Shown here: positions 38,622-43,467 of the stretch, piece after piece
Numbering within the stretch: position 1 is the first letter of the stretch
How the letters are laid out: every line of letters starts with the position of its first letter
Origin: Vitreoscilla sp.
GTDB taxonomy: Bacteria; Pseudomonadota; Gammaproteobacteria; Burkholderiales; Burkholderiaceae_C
Length of the DNA: 43,467 nt
NCBI GenBank assembly: GCA_045810265.1
Contig: JBJMWF010000316.1
Coordinates: 1 to 43,467, forward strand
Direction: 5' to 3'
Program-made: the position numbers and the translations under genes
Notes under the pieces: generated by a model
Database searches by the model: none
What the model was told of the DNA's origin: nothing
What the model saw: the letters and a program-made list of their open reading frames with translations, nothing else

Positions 38622-38697
38622 CGCACCCTGCGGAGAAAGGCCGGCCGGGGCATGCCCGTTGCCGCACTGGAGGCATCCCTCTTTCAGGAGCCCCAGC

Positions 38698-38916
38698 ATG
38701 CGCAACTCCACCCTCCCTTCCGGCCCGGCCAACCCGCGCGCGGTTCGCGCCGACGCCGCCGCCGAGCAGGAAGAACTCGACGAACTGGCCGGCGATGCGT
38801 CCGGCGGCAATACGTCGCTATCCCAGGACGCGAACGCGGACGCGCGCCACGCCGAGCGCAACGCGCATCCCGGCGAGCAGAACGCCAACGCCGCCGGCGT
38901 CGGCCGCAGCCGTTGA
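38698..38916 (+). CDS. Small hydrophilic, probably disordered hypothetical protein (72 aa)
   Basis: CAGGAG Shine-Dalgarno before ATG 38698; MRNSTLPSGPANPRAVRADAAAEQEELDELAGD...; GC-rich third codon positions. Confidence 0.6.
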   Translation: MRNSTLPSGPANPRAVRADAAAEQEELDELAGDASGGNTSLSQDANADARHAERNAHPGEQNANAAGVGRSR

Positions 38917-38951
38917 CACTTCGCAAGAGCCCATCGACCAAGGAATCCACC

Positions 38952-39410
38952 ATGCCAAGCAACACGACCTGGGTCGTCGTCGCCGACGAAGGCCGCGCCC
39001 GCATCCTCAGCCGCGACGGCCCGGACGAGGATCTGAAGGAGATCGAGACCATCGTGGATCCGGCCGCGCGTGCGCACAACGCCGATTTTCGGCACGACGC
39101 CTACGGCCGGCGTTCACCGGGCGCGGGCGCGCTGCCCTCCAGCGCGACGAGTTCGGCCGGCGAAGAGAAGCTCGATCACGAGGCGGAGCTGTTCGCGCAT
39201 CGGCTGTCCCTGCGCCTGACCGACGCCCACCGCCAGCACCGCTTCGACACCCTTCGCATCGCGGCGGCACCGCGCTTCCTCGGCCGCCTGCGCAAGGCGC
39301 TGGACAAGTCGGTGAGCGCGCTGGTCGACCAGGAGATCGACAAGGACCTGCTGCAGCTCGATGCCCGCACGCTCACGCAGCGGCTCTACAGCGAGGCGCC
39401 CCGGCACTGA
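38952..39410 (+). CDS. Host-attachment (AtsE-like / baeRF-type release-factor fold) family protein
   Basis: TWVVVADEGRARIL, DAYGR, FAHRLS, IAAAPRFLGRLRKAL, EIDKDL; AAGGA Shine-Dalgarno before ATG 38952. Confidence 0.85.
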   Translation: MPSNTTWVVVADEGRARILSRDGPDEDLKEIETIVDPAARAHNADFRHDAYGRRSPGAGALPSSATSSAGEEKLDHEAELFAHRLSLRLTDAHRQHRFDTLRIAAAPRFLGRLRKALDKSVSALVDQEIDKDLLQLDARTLTQRLYSEAPRH

Positions 39411-39432
39411 GCGCGACGGCGCGCAGGCGGCG

Positions 39433-40521
<1,089 letters not shown>

Positions 40522-40534
40522 CTACATTCCGTTT

Positions 40535-40659
40535 CGGACGATGTCCGTGAGGATATTGTCCCCTGCTTTTCCTCCCTGAGCAGGTGCCTTGCGTGATGAC
40601 AGCGTCAAGGCTTTGCAGCCTCGGTCGTCCACTTCGTGGATACCGGGGCTCTTTCTTTT
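40535..40659 (+). ncRNA. Putative small RNA, anti-hemB / betaproteobacterial toxic-sRNA-like
   Basis: Extended -10 TGcTACATT (40520-40528); stem CCTGCT/AGCAGG (40562-40584) with loop TTTCCTCCCTG; stem GCCTTG/CAAGGC (40586-40611); terminator AGCCTCGGT/ACCGGGGCT (40617-40650) with a T-rich tail; divergent from hemB. Confidence 0.7.
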
Positions 40660-40729
40660 GTGCCGCGCGCTTTTCCTGCCGGTCGGCGCCCGCCAGGGTG
40701 TCGCCAGGGTCGCCGCACATAATGGCCGC

Positions 40730-41167
40730 ATGATCGGTCTTCTTCCCTGGGTCAAGGCCCTGCACATCGTCTTCGTGTCCAGCTGGTTCGCCGGCTTGTT
40801 CTACCTGCCGCGGATCTTCGTCAACCTGACGCAGGTGCCCAGCGACAGCCACGCCGAGCGCGAGCGCCTGCTGCTGATGGCGCGCAAGCTGTACCGCTTT
40901 GCCAGCCTGCTGATGGTGGTGGCGATCGGCCTGGGAATCGTGCTGGTGACCCTGGAACGCGGGCTGATGCACGGCCAGTACTGGCTGCACGCCAAACTGC
41001 TGCTGGTCCTGGTGGCGATCGGCTACCACCACATGTGCCGCAGCATGCTGCGCAGCTTCGAGAAGCTCGAGAACCGGCGCCGCGAGCGCTGGTTCCGCGT
41101 GTTCAACGAAATGGCGGTGCTGCTGTTCGCGGCGATCGTCATCCTGGTCGTCGTGCGGCCGTTCTGA
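40730..41167 (+). CDS. hemJ: Protoporphyrinogen IX oxidase HemJ (CopD-like membrane protein)
   Basis: WVKALHIVFVSSWFAGLFYLPRIFV, WLHAKL, YHHMC, FRVFNE, LVVVRPF. Confidence 0.9.
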   Translation: MIGLLPWVKALHIVFVSSWFAGLFYLPRIFVNLTQVPSDSHAERERLLLMARKLYRFASLLMVVAIGLGIVLVTLERGLMHGQYWLHAKLLLVLVAIGYHHMCRSMLRSFEKLENRRRERWFRVFNEMAVLLFAAIVILVVVRPF

Positions 41168-41187
41168 GCGGCAGCGGGCGCGCGACG

Positions 41188-42369
41188 ATGGCCCGGCCCG
41201 CACGCGCTCCCGCGCGCATCCCGCGCCTGCCGGCGAGCTCGCCCACCCGCCCGCGCGAGAGCTCCGCGCTGGTCCTGACCGTCGTCTTTACCGGACTGGT
41301 GATCTATGCCAGCCTGTACCCGTTCAGCGGCTGGTTCTGGCCCGCAGGGCAGCCGCTCGAGGCGCTGCTGATGCTGCGATGGCCGCGCTATCACGGCGGC
41401 TTCGACGACTGGTCCAACTTCGTGGGCTACATGCCGCTGGGGGCGCTCACCTACGCCACGGCGCTGCGCCGCGGAAGCCGGCCGTTGATCGCGGGGCTGG
41501 TCGCGCTGGTCTTTCCCTCGCTGCTGTCGTGGGGGATGGAGTTCACCCAGCACTTCCTGCCCGGGCGCTACTCGTCGCTGATGGACTGGGCCCTCAACTC
41601 GCTGGGCGCCGCTGCCGGCCTGAGCCTGGCAGTCGCCATCCAGTCGGCGGGGGCGGCTGGCCGCTGGGCCGCCCTGCGCTCGAACTGGTTCGTGCCGCAC
41701 AGCGGCGCCACCATCGCGTTGCTGGTGCTGTGGCCGGTCGGCTTCCTGTATCCGCGCAACGTGCCGTTCGGCCTGGGCATTACCTGGGAGCGATTGCAGG
41801 AGGAGGCGTACGACCTGCTCAGCGACCATCCGCTGGCGCCCTGGTTCGACTGGTTGTGGGCCAGCCTGGGCGAGAACACCGGCGTGATGTCGAGGACGGC
41901 CGAAGGCATCGCGGTGGCGATCGGCCTGCTCGGGCCCTGCCTGCTGGCATTCGCGAGCGCCCGGCCCGGCTGGCGGCGGGCGGTCATCGTGCCGGTCGCG
42001 GTGGCGGTCGGCCTGGCGGCCAACACCTTGTCGGCCGCGCTCAATTTCGGGCCGGTGCACGCGCTGGGCTGGGTGACGTCGACCGTGCCAATGGGCCTGG
42101 TCCTCGGCGCTGTGATGGCGCTGGCCTGCGTCTTCATCGGTGAGCGTCCGGCGGCCGCGCTGGGGCTGGTGGCCTTGTCGGTCAACGTCGCGCTGGTGGC
42201 GCAGGCACCCTCGGATCCGTACTACGCCGACAGCCTGCAGCAGTGGGAGCAAGGCCGCTTCATCCACTTCCATGGACTGGCGCAATGGGTCGGCTGGCTG
42301 TGGCCGTTCGCCGCGGGTGCCACGCTGTTCGGGCGGCTGGTGCGCAGCGACGCGGCGCCTGCGGGCTGA
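41188..42369 (+). CDS. VanZ family membrane protein
   Basis: IYASLYPF, NFVGYMPLG, MEFTQHFLPGRYSSLMDWALNSLGA; many TM helices. Confidence 0.85.
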   Translation: MARPARAPARIPRLPASSPTRPRESSALVLTVVFTGLVIYASLYPFSGWFWPAGQPLEALLMLRWPRYHGGFDDWSNFVGYMPLGALTYATALRRGSRPLIAGLVALVFPSLLSWGMEFTQHFLPGRYSSLMDWALNSLGAAAGLSLAVAIQSAGAAGRWAALRSNWFVPHSGATIALLVLWPVGFLYPRNVPFGLGITWERLQEEAYDLLSDHPLAPWFDWLWASLGENTGVMSRTAEGIAVAIGLLGPCLLAFASARPGWRRAVIVPVAVAVGLAANTLSAALNFGPVHALGWVTSTVPMGLVLGAVMALACVFIGERPAAALGLVALSVNVALVAQAPSDPYYADSLQQWEQGRFIHFHGLAQWVGWLWPFAAGATLFGRLVRSDAAPAG

Positions 42370-42434
42370 CCCGCCCTCGCGCGAGCAGGGCCGCTTGGCA
42401 GCGCCCGGCCGGCCAGCCTTCCTACAATGCACAC

Positions 42435-42758
42435 ATGTACTACAAGCACCACATCTTCTTTTGCCTCAACGAGCGCAAGCCCGGCGAGGACAGCTGCTCG
42501 CGGGTCGGTGCGCAGGCCGGCTTCGACCACTGCAAGTCGCGCATCAAGTCGGCTGGCCTGTCCGGGCCGGGCGGCATCCGCGTGAACAAGGCCGGCTGCC
42601 TGGACCGCTGCGCGGGCGGCCCGGTCGCAGTCGTCTACCCAGACGAGACCTGGTACACCTACGTCGACAAGAGCGACATCGACGAGATCGTCGATTCGCA
42701 CCTGGTCGGCGGCAAGCCGGTCGAACGCCTGCTGCTGGCACCGGACGTCGGGCGCTGA
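42435..42758 (+). CDS. Thioredoxin-like [2Fe-2S] ferredoxin
   Basis: HIFFCLNER...SC...NKAGCLDRCAGGPVAVVYPDETWY...IVDSHL. Confidence 0.93.
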   Translation: MYYKHHIFFCLNERKPGEDSCSRVGAQAGFDHCKSRIKSAGLSGPGGIRVNKAGCLDRCAGGPVAVVYPDETWYTYVDKSDIDEIVDSHLVGGKPVERLLLAPDVGR

Positions 42759-42760
42759 GC

Positions 42761-43378
42761 ATGCAGACCTTCACCAGGCGCGGCGAAATCGCGGGGCCGG
42801 CCGGTGCCTTGAGCATCGCCGTCGACACCCTCGGCGACGTGCCCCATCGCGGCCTCGCGGTCGTCTGCCATCCGCATCCGCTGCAGGGCGGCACGATGGA
42901 CAACAAGGTCGTCACGACCGTCGCACGCGGACTCACGCAGCGCGGCTGGCGCGTGGTGCGGTTCAACTACCGCGGCGTCGGCGGCTCCACCGGCAGCTGG
43001 GACGAGGGCCGCGGCGAGGTCGACGACGCGCTGGCCGTGATCGCTGCCCATCGTGTCGCCGGCGAGCCGCTGGTGCTGGGCGGATTTTCCTTCGGTGGCT
43101 TCGTCGCGGCCAGCGCCGCCGCGCAACTTGCGCCGGCCGACAAGCCTCAGAAGATGGTGCTAATCGCGCCGTCCACCGCCAAGCACGATGCTCCGCCGGT
43201 CATCGCCGACACCTTGCTGATCCACGGTGAGGCCGACGACGTCGTGCCGCTCTCGGCTTCGATGGACTGGGCCCGGCCGCAGGCGCTGCCGGTGGTCGTC
43301 GTGCCTGGCGCCGGGCATTTCTTCCATGGCCAGCTGGTGCTGCACAAGTCGCTGGTCGTGCGCTACTTTGCCGAGTGA
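42761..43378 (+). CDS. Alpha/beta fold hydrolase
   Basis: HPHPLQGGTMDNKVV, RFNYRGVGGS, GFSFG nucleophile elbow, HGEADDVVP, GHFFHG. Confidence 0.93.
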   Translation: MQTFTRRGEIAGPAGALSIAVDTLGDVPHRGLAVVCHPHPLQGGTMDNKVVTTVARGLTQRGWRVVRFNYRGVGGSTGSWDEGRGEVDDALAVIAAHRVAGEPLVLGGFSFGGFVAASAAAQLAPADKPQKMVLIAPSTAKHDAPPVIADTLLIHGEADDVVPLSASMDWARPQALPVVVVPGAGHFFHGQLVLHKSLVVRYFAE

Positions 43379-43391
43379 CTTCGGCCTTCCG

Positions 43392-43467
43392 ATGAAAAAG
43401 CTTCTTGCGCTGCTCGGCCTGGCCATGGCCGGCGTGGCCGCCTTCGGCCAGGCGCTGCCGGCCCCCG
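43392..43467 (+). CDS. 5' end of an exported protein, possibly D-alanyl-D-alanine carboxypeptidase (truncated by the window)
   Basis: MKKLLALLGLAMAGVAAFGQALPAP signal peptide. The product is guessed only from the usual betaproteobacterial gene order (ferredoxin, hydrolase, dac). Confidence 0.45.
   Translation, partial: MKKLLALLGLAMAGVAAFGQALPAP

Overview
High-GC (about 70%) chromosomal window whose gene content and order point to a betaproteobacterium (Burkholderiales-like; inference). Left to right: the 5' end of rlpA; an oligopeptide ABC operon with two tandem oppA paralogues; a probable accessory block of about 14.7 kb (7.5-22.2 kb) that ends at the 3' end of a tRNA-Arg(CCG). The block holds an arsenic operon (arsR, AqpS-like aquaporin, arsC, arsH, an ArsN2-acetyltransferase/flavin-monooxygenase fusion, ArsK-like MFS), a degenerate HD-GYP gene, a receiver plus hybrid kinase pair, and a TonB-type receptor/YfiR/GGDEF-EAL operon. 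After the tRNA come cytochrome b561 with three YceI genes, DAHP synthase, RDD, a REP doublet, VOC, pcaF, an HD-GYP plus degenerate GGDEF-EAL pair, a cluster of small stress-type genes with a shared 18-bp palindrome, ruvB and ruvA split by an antisense PCu(A)C copper chaperone, phoH-ybeY, a host-attachment/baeRF protein, hemB, an anti-hemB-like sRNA, hemJ, VanZ, a 2Fe-2S ferredoxin and an alpha/beta hydrolase. The best candidates for undescribed biology are the ArsN2-monooxygenase fusion within an organoarsenical defence operon and the receptor-YfiR-c-di-GMP trans-envelope module. Six apparently leaderless genes, sigma28-like promoters on c-di-GMP genes and the 18-bp operator are also notable. 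All calls come from reading motifs by eye; no database searches were run.
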